A stretch of DNA of 64,000 bases, taken from Octopus sinensis. Lineage: Eukaryota. The first letter of the stretch is position 1, and every line of letters begins with the position of its first letter. Positions 63,708 through 64,000 of this stretch are shown here, one piece after another. The stretch covers positions 119,226,001 to 119,290,000 of the forward strand of contig NC_043000.1 in NCBI RefSeq assembly GCF_006345805.1. Direction: 5' to 3'. The translations under genes were made by a program, and so were the position numbers. A model generated the notes under the pieces. It worked only from the letters and a program-made list of their open reading frames with translations, had not been told where the DNA came from and searched no databases.

Positions 63708-64000
63708 TTATTTCTTTACTGCCCACGAGAGGCTACACACAGAGGGGACAAACAAGGACAGACAAACGGATTACGTCGATAACATAACCCCAATGCGTAA
63801 CTGGTACTTAATTTATCGACCCCGAAAGGATGAAAGGCAAAGTCGACCTCCACGGAATTTGAACTCAGAACGTAACGGCAGACGAAATACCAATTTCTTT
63901 ATTACCCACAAGGGGTTAAACACAGTGGAGACAAACAAGGATAGACAAACGAATTAAGTCGATTACATCGACCCCAGTACGTAACTGGTACTTAATTTAT
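63708..64000 (-). mobile_element. SINE family B concatemer running off the window
   Basis: Two head-less units joined at gaaatacc...tttcttta. Confidence 0.8.

Overview
This is AT-rich eukaryotic DNA that is almost entirely repeat. It contains long microsatellites, several tRNA-derived SINE families, and LINE fragments (R4/Dong-type with a restriction-like endonuclease, CR1, Tx1/L1). It also holds Tc1/mariner and hAT DNA transposons, non-autonomous Helitrons, and many fold-back (MITE-like) palindromes, plus one 100-N gap at 47328-47427. The repeat repertoire resembles an octopus (coleoid cephalopod) genome; this is an inference from pattern recognition, not a database result. Most ORFs in the supplied track are translated microsatellites. 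No intact cellular gene is present. One good candidate exon on the + strand (28521-28632) encodes a start codon and signal peptide, so the window may be largely intronic. The most notable observations are: a 1.9-kb inverted duplication centred on a SINE head; minimal hammerhead-ribozyme folds, one with a compensatory A3-U8 core pair; two R4/Dong-like LINE lineages sitting in different microsatellites, (TAA)n and (CATA)n; head-less SINE concatemers; and a near-intact IR/DR Tc1 element with a Helitron nested in its right TIR. I found no clearly new multi-gene system. Coordinates were read by eye and may be off by a few bases.
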